Counted from the stretch's first letter, positions 35,356 through 45,164 are shown. The stretch: 45,166 nt of DNA from a virus (IMGVR_UViG_3300020426_000007:1-45166); one strand, 5' to 3'. Numbers and translations: made by a program. The notes: generated by a model not told the origin, from the sequence alone.

Positions 35356-36321
35356 CTACTGATCTGCTATCGAGAAGCTATTGTTGGTTGACCACATAAC
35401 TTTTACACAACCCTTACCGCCTCGACAAAAATTATTATTACCGCTGACGCTAGTGCCGCCGCCACCGCCGCCGCCGCCAAATTCACCGCCCTCTCCGTGA
35501 TATATTGTTCTGCCTTTATTAGAAGTTGACGAACTATTGTTAAGAAATCCAGCGTGTTCACCATTTGAACCGCCTACGCCAGAGTATCGGTAATCACTAT
35601 AAAAACTATTCCCGTTGTTTTGAGGCGAACTATTTTGGTTTGATAAACTTCCCCAAGTACCGCTTGCGCCTTCTCCTTCGTGCCAGACACCTCCGCCACC
35701 ACAGAACCCGTAAGTAGACGATCCGTAGCCTGACCCACCAGAGGCTCCGCCACCAGAGCCGTTATATGGTAAATCACCACTGCCCCCGTAGTAACCATTC
35801 CCGCCGTCTCCTGTGTAGCCTGCGGCTCCGCCTCCGCCGCCAGCAGAACTGTTGTAGGATTTACCGCCTGTTCCGCCATTTGCAGTAACCGTACCACTTT
35901 GGGGCTGTCCGCCTGCGGCTTGTTGCTGTGAACCTTGACCGCCTGTAGCAGATATAAAACCACCAAAACTAGCAGTGCCACCGTTTTGGCCCATACCTGA
36001 TGTAGCTGGGACTGTAATTGTAATAGAATCCCCTGCCGAAACCTCAATGTCGTCGGCCCAAGCAAGGCCACCGCCTCCTCCACCATTTGATGCCCAGTTG
36101 TATTGACCGCCACCCCCTGCACCAATGCAAAGTGCGGAAAGTTTTATAACGCCCGTAGGGACAATGAATGTAAATGTTCCATTGTTATCATAAAGCGCCG
36201 ATCCAGATACCGAATTTCCAGGCTGGAATTTACTGTTTGTATCTGCCGCAGTTAAATACTCTGAATCATCCGCATGCTTGATTCGATTAACGCTTAACTT
36301 GTCTATATGTAACTCTGCCAT
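35356..36321 (-). CDS. glycine-rich tail fibre-associated protein
   Basis: GTFTFIVPTGV...IGAGGGG and many GGGGG tracts; precedes the chaperone. Confidence 0.8.
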   Translation of the reverse strand: MAELHIDKLSVNRIKHADDSEYLTAADTNSKFQPGNSVSGSALYDNNGTFTFIVPTGVIKLSALCIGAGGGGQYNWASNGGGGGGLAWADDIEVSAGDSITITVPATSGMGQNGGTASFGGFISATGGQGSQQQAAGGQPQSGTVTANGGTGGKSYNSSAGGGGGAAGYTGDGGNGYYGGSGDLPYNGSGGGASGGSGYGSSTYGFCGGGGVWHEGEGASGTWGSLSNQNSSPQNNGNSFYSDYRYSGVGGSNGEHAGFLNNSSSTSNKGRTIYHGEGGEFGGGGGGGGTSVSGNNNFCRGGKGCVKVMWSTNNSFSIADQ

Positions 36322-36350
36322 AAGGGTGTCTCCTTCAAATTATGTTTCTA

Positions 36351-37100
36351 TTATACACCCAGCAACTCAACAAATACTCTAGAACCTTTTCCAGCTTGCG
36401 AAGAGAATGACCCACTATTACTAGCTGGGAAAAATCTAATGCCGTGCCATGTGTCTGGCGGAACATTGTTGTTATAATTACGCCAATGTATCGACCCGTG
36501 GTTAGGGTAACTGTAGCTGGTGCTTTGCTGGTAATGATACCAAATAGATGTTTCTATACCGCCATAACTTCCATACTTTTGTGGGATAATAAGCATTTGA
36601 AACATAATACCTTCACCATATGAATAGTTTTCTGCCGCTGGCTCTTGGTACTGAGGCATCCAAATCCAACCTTGGTTTGAGTTATGAGATGCGTTATTTG
36701 TCTCATTTTGACCTTCATAGTAATCGTTCGATCCATAACCTAAGTATCCAGTGGTAATGTTTGAACCAGAAGAGTTTTGTCCGTACATATAAACATCTAC
36801 GTTGCTTGAGGCATTAACAATTCTTCCAGTAATGCGAACCGCAATAATGTCATCTGTACTTACGCCAGCCTTAACGTCTGTCCACATGATTCTACCAGTG
36901 TTGTCGGAGTCGCTTGACGCACCACCAATATTTTTTGCAAGGCTTGGCGTTCCTGTCGAACCAAGCGTTGCGATGTCAGCGAAAGCAAGATTTCCGCTAC
37001 CATCGGTCTTCATAACATGGTTCGCAGAACCATCTGCGGTGGGGATGGTAAGTTCTGGACCCCCACTATTTTGTAACTTTTCAACAACTAATTTAGACAT
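36351..37100 (-). CDS. tail fibre-like protein
   Basis: PTADGSANHVMKTDGSGNLAF trimer motif followed by an aromatic beta-rich C-domain. Confidence 0.7.
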   Translation of the reverse strand: MSKLVVEKLQNSGGPELTIPTADGSANHVMKTDGSGNLAFADIATLGSTGTPSLAKNIGGASSDSDNTGRIMWTDVKAGVSTDDIIAVRITGRIVNASSNVDVYMYGQNSSGSNITTGYLGYGSNDYYEGQNETNNASHNSNQGWIWMPQYQEPAAENYSYGEGIMFQMLIIPQKYGSYGGIETSIWYHYQQSTSYSYPNHGSIHWRNYNNNVPPDTWHGIRFFPASNSGSFSSQAGKGSRVFVELLGV

Positions 37101-37110
37101 TTTTTACTCC

Positions 37111-38472
37111 TTATTGAAAGGCCACTAGGCCATTTGTTGAAACATAGTGGATACTACCTGTTCCACTTATGGTGTAAGTGGCCCCGCTAGCGATAGTAAG
37201 TGTATCGTAGCTGAAGCGCTGACCCGCCGTAGACCAAGTGGCACTAGACGAGATGGTACTTGGGAAATAATCAACAGTATCATTTTGTACTGATATATCA
37301 TCCCAAACGTAGTCTGTACCATTCGATGAAAGGAATCTACCCGCGTTGCCTGTTGTTGGGGGCAAAACATAGTCCCCGCCTTCGGCAAATAACTCCCACT
37401 TACCAGCCGCTAGGTCCGTAGCAAAGGTGCTTCCTGATGTATGATCTTCAAGGGCAATGTAGCTAGAAACATTGTTTTTAACTACGTCATCAACTTTGTA
37501 GTCATAACCTGATGCTGACCAGTTTCCTTTCCAGTCAATACCACCGTTAAATTTTTCCCATTTGTTTGCGGCTAAATCCGTTGCAAAGGTAGTTCCAGCA
37601 TGTGCAACCAAAGCTCGATAGTTGTTACCGCCGTACACTACAACATCATTTGGTAAATATTCTGTGGTTGTGGCCCAAGTTCCTTTTGGATTTATACCGT
37701 TAACATACAAGGTCCAGTAGGATGTATCTGTGGGAAGATTGCCAGTTGTTTCTGTCGTGGCTCTATATACAGACGCACCATATGTAACAAGATCGTTTAG
37801 AGCGTAAGCCGTAGCGTTATTATACGTTCCTCTGTTCTTTACGCCAGGAAGAAACTCGTCCCAATGCGCTGTAGAAGATGGTAAGTTACCTGTTGTATCG
37901 CCTTTTGCGATATAGAGGTTTCCGCCATAAGCAACAATATCATTTATAAAGTATGCTGTTGCGGCGTTGTAAACTCCATCTGCGCTAATCCCTGAGATAA
38001 ACTGTTCCCAGTAAGTTGTATCTGTCGGGAGGTTCCCTGTTGTGTCCACCTTGGCTATGTATAGGTTGTTGCCTCCGTAAGAAACAACGTCATTCTTTTG
38101 GTAGGCGGTTGTATTTACATACTCAGATTCCCATTGAATACCGTCCGCAAACAGGCTCCAGTACGTTGTGTTCGGCGGTGTGTTGCCTAATGTTTCGAGA
38201 ATACAGATGTAAACTTTACCACCGTGAGTTACACCGTCCCCTGGTCGGTAACTAATGCTGTTATCGTAGACTGATTGGAACTTAAATCCATCAACCATTA
38301 ACGCCCAGTAAGTCGTGTCTGTCGGCACGTTGCCAGAGGCTTTTAATGCGTAGGTGTAAACATAGACGTTACCGCCATATTTTACTATGTCGTTAACTTC
38401 GTACATTGTTGTGGCATCGTAGTCGCCCGCAAAATGAAAACGAAGTTTTCCTAAATCAATAATTTGGCTCAT
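37111..38472 (-). CDS. fibre protein with tandem carbohydrate-binding-like repeats
   Basis: About seven ~48-aa repeats (Y...D.V.YGG..Y.....TGN.PTDT.YW); start MSQIIDLGKLRF at 38472. Confidence 0.8.
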   Translation of the reverse strand: MSQIIDLGKLRFHFAGDYDATTMYEVNDIVKYGGNVYVYTYALKASGNVPTDTTYWALMVDGFKFQSVYDNSISYRPGDGVTHGGKVYICILETLGNTPPNTTYWSLFADGIQWESEYVNTTAYQKNDVVSYGGNNLYIAKVDTTGNLPTDTTYWEQFISGISADGVYNAATAYFINDIVAYGGNLYIAKGDTTGNLPSSTAHWDEFLPGVKNRGTYNNATAYALNDLVTYGASVYRATTETTGNLPTDTSYWTLYVNGINPKGTWATTTEYLPNDVVVYGGNNYRALVAHAGTTFATDLAANKWEKFNGGIDWKGNWSASGYDYKVDDVVKNNVSSYIALEDHTSGSTFATDLAAGKWELFAEGGDYVLPPTTGNAGRFLSSNGTDYVWDDISVQNDTVDYFPSTISSSATWSTAGQRFSYDTLTIASGATYTISGTGSIHYVSTNGLVAFQ

Positions 38473-38711
38473 ATCCACTCCATCAATAAATGACCATTCG
38501 CACCCCAACTGAAACTGACAGTATCAGCCGACCAGAAGTAAGTCTTATAGCCATCTGGGTCGAGTATATTATCGTCTGGAAGAGCTACTGTTGTCGTCCC
38601 ATCGTTGATAATATTTACTGTTGTGTCGCTTGTTAGGTTGTTACATTTAATTCCGTAAAAAGTTTTATCGGAATATGCGGTTCCAGTATATATGCCTGTA
38701 GCTTCAGCCAT
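38469..38711 (-). CDS. hypothetical structural protein
   Basis: 80 aa, coupled to both neighbours. Confidence 0.7.
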   Translation of the reverse strand: MAEATGIYTGTAYSDKTFYGIKCNNLTSDTTVNIINDGTTTVALPDDNILDPDGYKTYFWSADTVSFSWGANGHLLMEWI

Positions 38712-39043
38712 CAATCTACATCCTCCAAGACGGAGACAACACAGTCAAAACTGCTGTCCACTTTAGATTTCACTTTCAATTTCTCTCCAGCCTGCATAAC
38801 TAGCTTTTTACCACTCAAGAAATCTTCTGTCGTCCCTCCCAAAACACGACTTGACTTAGCTATATGAATAATGTCGTTGTTCGTCTTGACTAGCTGTATT
38901 TCTACAGGGAGACTTGCCCCCGTTATGTTTGCAACCTGACAACCAATCACGATTGATTTTTGTGTGGCTGGCACGGTGTAGACTTCAGTTCCAGCAGTTC
39001 CTATGCCGTCATGTGTCTCGTTTTTAAATTGGTATGTTGCCAT
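38711..39043 (-). CDS. small beta-sandwich structural protein
   Basis: FKN.....VYTVPA...IVIG..VAN...KLVMQAGEKLKV pattern common beside marine phage fibres. Confidence 0.7.
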   Translation of the reverse strand: MATYQFKNETHDGIGTAGTEVYTVPATQKSIVIGCQVANITGASLPVEIQLVKTNNDIIHIAKSSRVLGGTTEDFLSGKKLVMQAGEKLKVKSKVDSSFDCVVSVLEDVD

Positions 39044-39052
39044 TTTACTCTC

Positions 39053-41209
39053 CTATCCTAACGCCACAGCCATCGCCACTGCTCGGCTGTCTATAAAAAC
39101 ATTGTCGGTTGCTTCTTCTGTTCTTATCTTGCAACCTCCAAGACCAACAAGATTTAGTGTGTCAGCCGCTCCGTTAGCAACTACATCATTTGTATCTCCC
39201 GTTGTTCTTTCATCTCCCTTAACTGTAAGAAATGCGTTACCTACTGCCTGAGCTTGAGCGGCGTAATGCTTTGCAGAAAAAGCAACATTACCATCACTGT
39301 CTGTAAAACTTGTGTTTAAACCGTGTGTTGCATATTTTTTTGCATCGTCAGCATAATTAGGAGCCTCGATGATGTCATTTATGTATGTTGCCGCTGTTGA
39401 TATAACACCCACATTTTGACCAGCCAAGACGATGTTGGTCACGTTTGAAGCAACGGTTGAAATGTCAGTGTTGTTACTCGACACGCTTTGCACTTCACTA
39501 GCTATCGAGGCTACTGAATTTACGTTAGCAATGTCCTGACCTACGTTATTTACATTACTAATAGCGCCCGAAACTGTGGTGATGTTTGATAGGTTTTGTG
39601 TATTGGCAACAGTGTTAATGCTATTAATACTGTTCGCTGTGGTAATAATATCCTGTATGTTTGAGCCAAGAGGCGTAATAACATTTAGATTGCTGTTTAG
39701 ATTGGACAGTGCGTTTGTTGCCGTTGTACCGTCTTCGATGTCAGCAAGCGCTGATACCTTTGTACTTATGCCAGCAAGGGTTCCAACGTCATTTATGTTT
39801 GACCCGACTGTGTTTATGTTTTGTAGGTTGGCACTATTAGCAACTGTATTTACGTTTGATATGTCCTGACCAACAGCATCGACATTTGTTATCGAGTTAG
39901 CAACTGTGTCTATCTCTGATATTGATTCCACAAGATCGTTGGCGACTTCAGTAATCTTAGACATGTTTGTGCTGACGTTATTAACAGCCGAAATATTCGA
40001 GGCTACGGTTCCTACGGAACCGATAGCCCCAGCTACTACTGTGATATCCTGACCCGCACCAACTTTAGCCGCAGTTGTTTGTATATCATTAAGGTTTGTT
40101 ACAACGTCATTTACGTCTTGGATGTTTGACGAAACCGTACCAACAGCACCTATATCGCCTGATACAGTGTTGATTGCTGGCAAATTATTTTTGACGGTAT
40201 TGACGTTTGCTATGTCCCCGCCAACCGCGTTGACGTTATCTATACTGCCGCCCACAAGATTAACATTGGATATGTCTGTCGCTGTGGTGTTGACGTTACC
40301 AATATGGGTAGCCACCGTATCCACTTCGCTTATCTTTGGAGCAACAGTGTCAGACGCAATAACAATTTTAGGAGCTATAGCTGAAAGACGATCAAGGTTG
40401 TGGTCAACAACGTCTATGTCATTGCCCATACCGTTTCCATGAACGGTGCAGTAATACAGCAAACTCGATGGTGTGGTAGCTGTAATAGAAATGACTACCT
40501 TCCTGTCTCCTGTAGCCGCGCCAGCATTGAAGGTTGTAGTGTTGGTGTAATCGCTTTCGGTTGCCGAAGCGCCATTCAGAAAATAGGTAACGCCAGTTGT
40601 GTAACTGTTGCCACCACTGTCTTTAAAGGCAAAGGGGTGTCCATCATTTGTACTGTCTGTTTGGTCAAACGTGTAGGTGTGTTGTTTCTTTAATTCTATT
40701 TCTGGATTTGAAACAGCATCTAAATAAAACTTTCCGCCAGCTACAGTAGTCGCATATGTCTTTGCGCCAACAACTTGTCCAGCTACCGTGTTTACATCTG
40801 TAATGTTATCAGCAACATCTATTACTTTATCAATGTTGTTAATTACAGGAAGAGCATCGTCCCTTGCACTTTCTGTTGCTGTCTTGGCGGCTTCTGCGGC
40901 GTTTTTGTGAGAGAGCGCATCAGCCACATACTGTGCAAAATCAGTAAAAGTTATTGTGGTCCAGCCCGTGTCAGCATTTATGTACTGACCAACACGAACT
41001 TGGAAGAACCCAGGGTTGCTAGGGTCTTCTCTAAACTGGAAAACATCGCTTCTAAACGCACCGTCAGCCGTAGCGAATATATCTCCAAGCATATCGCTTA
41101 GAGTACGGTTGCCCTTCTCTGCCGCTTCTAAGTAATCATCTAGTACGTGATTACCAGTAAATTGGGAGATAAACCGTAACTGTTCACCAATAGGTCTTGT
41201 TTCAGCCAT
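39053..41209 (-). CDS. long fibre protein with a cupredoxin-like insert and 10-residue repeats
   Basis: GHP...YYCTVHGNGMG; long (I..VN.V..N)n stalk; C-terminal AVAMAVALG. Confidence 0.75.
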   Translation of the reverse strand: MAETRPIGEQLRFISQFTGNHVLDDYLEAAEKGNRTLSDMLGDIFATADGAFRSDVFQFREDPSNPGFFQVRVGQYINADTGWTTITFTDFAQYVADALSHKNAAEAAKTATESARDDALPVINNIDKVIDVADNITDVNTVAGQVVGAKTYATTVAGGKFYLDAVSNPEIELKKQHTYTFDQTDSTNDGHPFAFKDSGGNSYTTGVTYFLNGASATESDYTNTTTFNAGAATGDRKVVISITATTPSSLLYYCTVHGNGMGNDIDVVDHNLDRLSAIAPKIVIASDTVAPKISEVDTVATHIGNVNTTATDISNVNLVGGSIDNVNAVGGDIANVNTVKNNLPAINTVSGDIGAVGTVSSNIQDVNDVVTNLNDIQTTAAKVGAGQDITVVAGAIGSVGTVASNISAVNNVSTNMSKITEVANDLVESISEIDTVANSITNVDAVGQDISNVNTVANSANLQNINTVGSNINDVGTLAGISTKVSALADIEDGTTATNALSNLNSNLNVITPLGSNIQDIITTANSINSINTVANTQNLSNITTVSGAISNVNNVGQDIANVNSVASIASEVQSVSSNNTDISTVASNVTNIVLAGQNVGVISTAATYINDIIEAPNYADDAKKYATHGLNTSFTDSDGNVAFSAKHYAAQAQAVGNAFLTVKGDERTTGDTNDVVANGAADTLNLVGLGGCKIRTEEATDNVFIDSRAVAMAVALG

Positions 41210-41636
41210 TTAGCTTCTCCTCATTAATAATTTCTGTAATCATCCCTTTGGTGATTGCATACTTTTCTTTACGAAAATACCTTTCAACCTTGGACATCAT
41301 CTCGTCTACAGAAAGCTGAAAGTTTGCTACTTGCTCTGAGTAGCCATCAATCATTTCTGAAACTTCTTTCTTGAAGTCTTTGTTGATGTCGTCGTTGCCG
41401 CTAAGACGCTTATCAATAAGGTCTTTTGTTCTTATTGCGATTGTCTCAATAGAGTTTGAGGCCGCACTTACATCCATCTTTAAGGTGCTTACTTCGTTCC
41501 TTAACTTTTCACAATCTTGTTTTACTTCATCAAGAGATGCCATAAAGATGTCGAGCTTTTTGTGTAGGTCGTCTTGAACCTTGTTAACAAAAGCGGCGAC
41601 TTCTGGCCTTACATTTTTTTCAGCTTCGTTAGCCAT
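41202..41636 (-). CDS. coiled-coil hypothetical protein
   Basis: 144 aa, coupled to the portal gene (TAATG). Confidence 0.7.
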   Translation of the reverse strand: MANEAEKNVRPEVAAFVNKVQDDLHKKLDIFMASLDEVKQDCEKLRNEVSTLKMDVSAASNSIETIAIRTKDLIDKRLSGNDDINKDFKKEVSEMIDGYSEQVANFQLSVDEMMSKVERYFRKEKYAITKGMITEIINEEKLNG

Positions 41637-43567
41637 TAAGCCCTCCTTGCCTCAGACATTGGTATCAGGTTTCCAGCCTCTACTTCCTGTTGGACCTGAT
41701 TGTTGTCTTGGACGTTTGCTCCCCGCATTTTTTCCATCAACATCATTTGCTGGGATGGGCTTGGTCCATTCTCTTGAAGTTGTTTTGGATCAATCCTAAA
41801 TCTGTCGAGGTCTGTTATACCCATAGCCCTGATTGCTTCTTCAACAATCTGACCCGCATTGTACTCCATGCTAAGTCCTGTTTGATTCATTACTTGTAAT
41901 ACGTTAATCCAAGTCTCAGCATTTCTTGTGGGTTCGAGAGGTAATGTTCCGTCAATCACAAGATAATCAATATCGCCCTGCAAATCTTTGGAAACGTCAT
42001 AGTCGAGGTATCCCTCTTCTACCATACCAGCAATCTGATTAGGCATATTCTGTTGGTCTATTTTGATAGAACCAGACATCGTTAAGCTGTCTTGAATGTT
42101 GGCAACCATCATTCTTACCATAGGTCTGATAGTTGTCGCTGACATAATTCTCGAAAGCACACCTAAGCGTTGTGAACCTAGCTGGGTTAACCGCTGTATT
42201 TCTGTAGCTGTTCTTATCCCATCCGTTGTCTGGATGCCTTGCATAGCATCAGAAGCGGCACTAACTCTTTGTTTAAGAGATGACATAGACTCAATGTCTC
42301 TTAAATGCCCTGCGGTAACATCAGGAACCTGAGCTATAAATACTCCGTCCCCTGGCTTCGTTCCTGGCAACGTCCTTACAATGCCCCAAGGATTTCTGTC
42401 GATTAGGTCTGGGATGCTGACCTGTGTAGGATCAGCAAAGATAAGATTGTTTAATGCCGCACTAATATTATCAATGCGTGAACGCATTAAGTAAGTTGCA
42501 ATATCGTGCATTGGCAATATCAAATCATATAACGATTGTCCGTATGTCTTGTGGCTGTCTTGGTATAAACCTCCGATCACAACTGGGAATTGCTGACCGT
42601 ATGGGTTTAACTGAAACCTTATACATATGTTTTCGTCTATGATTGTTATAACAAAAAAGATTTGGTCTATGCTTGGTATGCCTATCTCAGCGCCCGTCAT
42701 CTTGACCCACGCCTCGTCAACAACTCTTGCATCGCCTAATGTAAAATATGCGTGATCCACTCTTTCTCTTTGATGAGGGGTTGCTGGATCAATACTTAGA
42801 CCTCTGCCTTCTTCTTTGTGCCAGTGGTGTGCGTTCCAACCGTTTCTTGGCGGTGACATCTTTTTTCTAAGGGCAGGGTACTTTTTTAATTTAGGATATA
42901 GGCCAGAGTTGAGCAGGCTGTTAAAAGATTGATAGTCTGCAAATACAATAAACTGCATGTCTTCCCAGTCACCCCAGTTAACCCTTGGATCGGGGAAGCA
43001 TCTTCTTGGATCGAAGTTGACTAAATGATTTTGATTGGTTGCCGAGTCCCAAGATATTTTTGTTGGGGCAAAACCATACCTGATGCTGTCAAGAAGCATT
43101 TGTGCAAGACGAGCTTCGCCAGCAGTTCGGCGCATCTGTTGATGCAACACACGCTCTAGTATGAGAGAGGCTTCTCTGGATTTTCTATTTAATCCCTCCA
43201 ACTGAAACATTGGGTTACGTCCGCCCAATGCCGCCATGAGATATGTAAGAACTGTGTCAGCAATAGCTCGCGTGTCTGCTATTACTGCCTTTTCTCTAAA
43301 GTCAGTTGTATTCGCTGGCACATAAACATCGTGCGCCCTGTCAGCTTCTTTCCAATGATCGTAACGCTTTCTAATCTTGTTGTACGACATGTCCATCATT
43401 GACTTAACATAGTCAACAATCCTGTTTTCTTGATCTTCCGAAAGAAGGTCAGATATGTCTTCATACGCAACAATTTGTTCAGCAAACTCGGAAAGGTCTA
43501 CAATGATCCCTTCCCTGTCACTCAAATTGTATTCCGCGCTTCGATAACCTGATGTGTTTGTTGCCAT
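41636..43567 (-). CDS. portal protein
   Basis: ~643 aa, directly after the terminase; DSIRYGF, YGQSL.D, PG.V and RTATE motifs of podovirus portals. Confidence 0.88.
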   Translation of the reverse strand: MATNTSGYRSAEYNLSDREGIIVDLSEFAEQIVAYEDISDLLSEDQENRIVDYVKSMMDMSYNKIRKRYDHWKEADRAHDVYVPANTTDFREKAVIADTRAIADTVLTYLMAALGGRNPMFQLEGLNRKSREASLILERVLHQQMRRTAGEARLAQMLLDSIRYGFAPTKISWDSATNQNHLVNFDPRRCFPDPRVNWGDWEDMQFIVFADYQSFNSLLNSGLYPKLKKYPALRKKMSPPRNGWNAHHWHKEEGRGLSIDPATPHQRERVDHAYFTLGDARVVDEAWVKMTGAEIGIPSIDQIFFVITIIDENICIRFQLNPYGQQFPVVIGGLYQDSHKTYGQSLYDLILPMHDIATYLMRSRIDNISAALNNLIFADPTQVSIPDLIDRNPWGIVRTLPGTKPGDGVFIAQVPDVTAGHLRDIESMSSLKQRVSAASDAMQGIQTTDGIRTATEIQRLTQLGSQRLGVLSRIMSATTIRPMVRMMVANIQDSLTMSGSIKIDQQNMPNQIAGMVEEGYLDYDVSKDLQGDIDYLVIDGTLPLEPTRNAETWINVLQVMNQTGLSMEYNAGQIVEEAIRAMGITDLDRFRIDPKQLQENGPSPSQQMMLMEKMRGANVQDNNQVQQEVEAGNLIPMSEARRA

Positions 43568-43594
43568 ATGAACCACCGTTTATATTTGGTCAAA

Positions 43595-43625
43595 AGAATA
43601 ACTTTTATTTTGTTGGTGGTCGTCC
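43595..43625 (-). promoter_or_regulatory. putative phage-specific promoter P7 (GGACGAC-N18-TATTCT)
   Basis: Intergenic between the terminase and portal genes. Confidence 0.75.
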
Positions 43626-43628
43626 TTG

Positions 43629-45164
43629 CTAATCAACAAGACCCCATCCTTTCCAAGATGGTTTATCTTTTGTCTTGCGACCCCAAATTACGTCCCCCAG
43701 GGATTTGCCTAAGTCTTTGTTACTATTGTTAAGAGAAAGCATGGGATTTGAATGTGTTGCCCAAGCATCAGGAGAAATAGCTGTTCGTGATAATACGTCA
43801 ATCGCAATCGTCATAGCATCCACTTGGTCATCGTGATTGCCACTCGGAAACGAAACTGTCTCGTCTATAAACTCATCTAGCCATTGTGCGTTCTCTGGGA
43901 TAAATACTCGACCTCCCTCAACAAGAGGCAAGATAGAATTTACTCTTGCCACTTTGTCGTGAACGATCTTGTACGGGATAACAGCTATTCCAGATTCTCT
44001 CTTAAGCTCTTGGATTAATGACTGACCGCTGGCTTTATCTTCTATATACATACCTCTAAGACCTTTGCCTCGCCATTTATTGTTTAGACGAATCATTCTG
44101 GTCTTTAACTCAGGAAAGTCGTATTTCCCTCGGATAATATCTACGATGTATATATCGCCATTGCGGTCTATTCCAGCGACACAGGCCACGCTGTAGTCTG
44201 CTGTTTCTGTCTTTTTGAAAGCGGTGTCCACGCCAATAACCAAGGTTGCGAAACTTTCTGGAGACAGATCGGAAGGATATTTTTGCCACCATTCTGTTTT
44301 TATTAAATTACCTCCTTCAACGTAGGGTTGCTGTTGGTAGAGTGAAGCAAACTCTCTTGGGTTTAACCTCTCTCTTCTTTTTAAATCCTCAAGAGGAAAT
44401 CTCTCAGCCCACAAAGGTTCTTCTTTCTCCTCGGACACATATCTTTTTTTGTGGGATAAATTTCTAAACTCGTCTGGAGTAACCCAGTTGGGATCAGTCT
44501 CAGGTAGGTGTCGTCTTGAGATTTTACCGTTATGCACTTTTTGGATAGCGGGAAAGTTAATGTGTTTCCATCTGCCTTCCTTCCAGTCTTCTGTTTCCAT
44601 AAGACGACCAGCAAGGTCGTCAGGATGCCACCGAGTTAGAATTACAATTTGTTTCGGGGGTTTGCCGTCTTGCTGTGGCTGAAGTCGAGTAGCCAGGGCA
44701 GATGTGTAATAGTTCCATGTTTTATTTCTTTGCGTCATAGACTCAGCATCTTCGCGTGACTTTATTGGGTCATCCACAATAAGAAGGTTGGCGGGACGAC
44801 CAGAGGTCGTACCCCCAACACCTACAGCAAAGTACGCACCGCCAACTTCTGTTCGCCATACATCTGCCGCTCGGCTGTCGGTAGAAAGAGTGAAGTCATG
44901 AAATGCTTGAGACATAATCTTTTGCTCGACTATGCCACGCACCTGTCTGCCAAAGTCTGTAGCTAGCTGGCTGTTATAGCTACAGGACATGATGTATCTG
45001 TTCGGATTACGGGCCATGAAGTAACTTGGGAACAAGACTGTAGAGAATGTAGACTTGGCGTGTCTAGGTGGCATCGTAACCAGTAGGTTATTTTCTTCTA
45101 GCTGATCTTTTTCAAGCTGGTCCAAGGCATGTATTAGCTCTAGCTGAAACGGTGCTATGTCCCA
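43629..45164 (-). CDS. terL: terminase large subunit (5' truncated by the window edge)
   Basis: MPPRHAKST, LLIVDDPIK, ILTRWH, GVDTAF, IEDKASG and HDDQVDA; the frame stays open to the window end. Confidence 0.95.
   Translation of the reverse strand, partial: WDIAPFQLELIHALDQLEKDQLEENNLLVTMPPRHAKSTFSTVLFPSYFMARNPNRYIMSCSYNSQLATDFGRQVRGIVEQKIMSQAFHDFTLSTDSRAADVWRTEVGGAYFAVGVGGTTSGRPANLLIVDDPIKSREDAESMTQRNKTWNYYTSALATRLQPQQDGKPPKQIVILTRWHPDDLAGRLMETEDWKEGRWKHINFPAIQKVHNGKISRRHLPETDPNWVTPDEFRNLSHKKRYVSEEKEEPLWAERFPLEDLKRRERLNPREFASLYQQQPYVEGGNLIKTEWWQKYPSDLSPESFATLVIGVDTAFKKTETADYSVACVAGIDRNGDIYIVDIIRGKYDFPELKTRMIRLNNKWRGKGLRGMYIEDKASGQSLIQELKRESGIAVIPYKIVHDKVARVNSILPLVEGGRVFIPENAQWLDEFIDETVSFPSGNHDDQVDAMTIAIDVLSRTAISPDAWATHSNPMLSLNNSNKDLGKSLGDVIWGRKTKDKPSWKGWGLVD

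Noticed and set aside
13403-38835. Other GGACGA(C/A) matches inside genes (e.g. near 13403, 20156, 23686, 26788, 28682, 30077, 38593, 38829)
   Set aside because: No (T/C)ANNNT at 17-18 bp. The 38829 copy gives TAAAAA and is at best marginal.
37808-41075. Further CGCTACGGC copies at 37808-37816 and 41067-41075
   Set aside because: Inside coding sequence (Ala-Thr-Ala codons) and without the 4-bp lower stem. They show the 9-mer alone can arise by chance.
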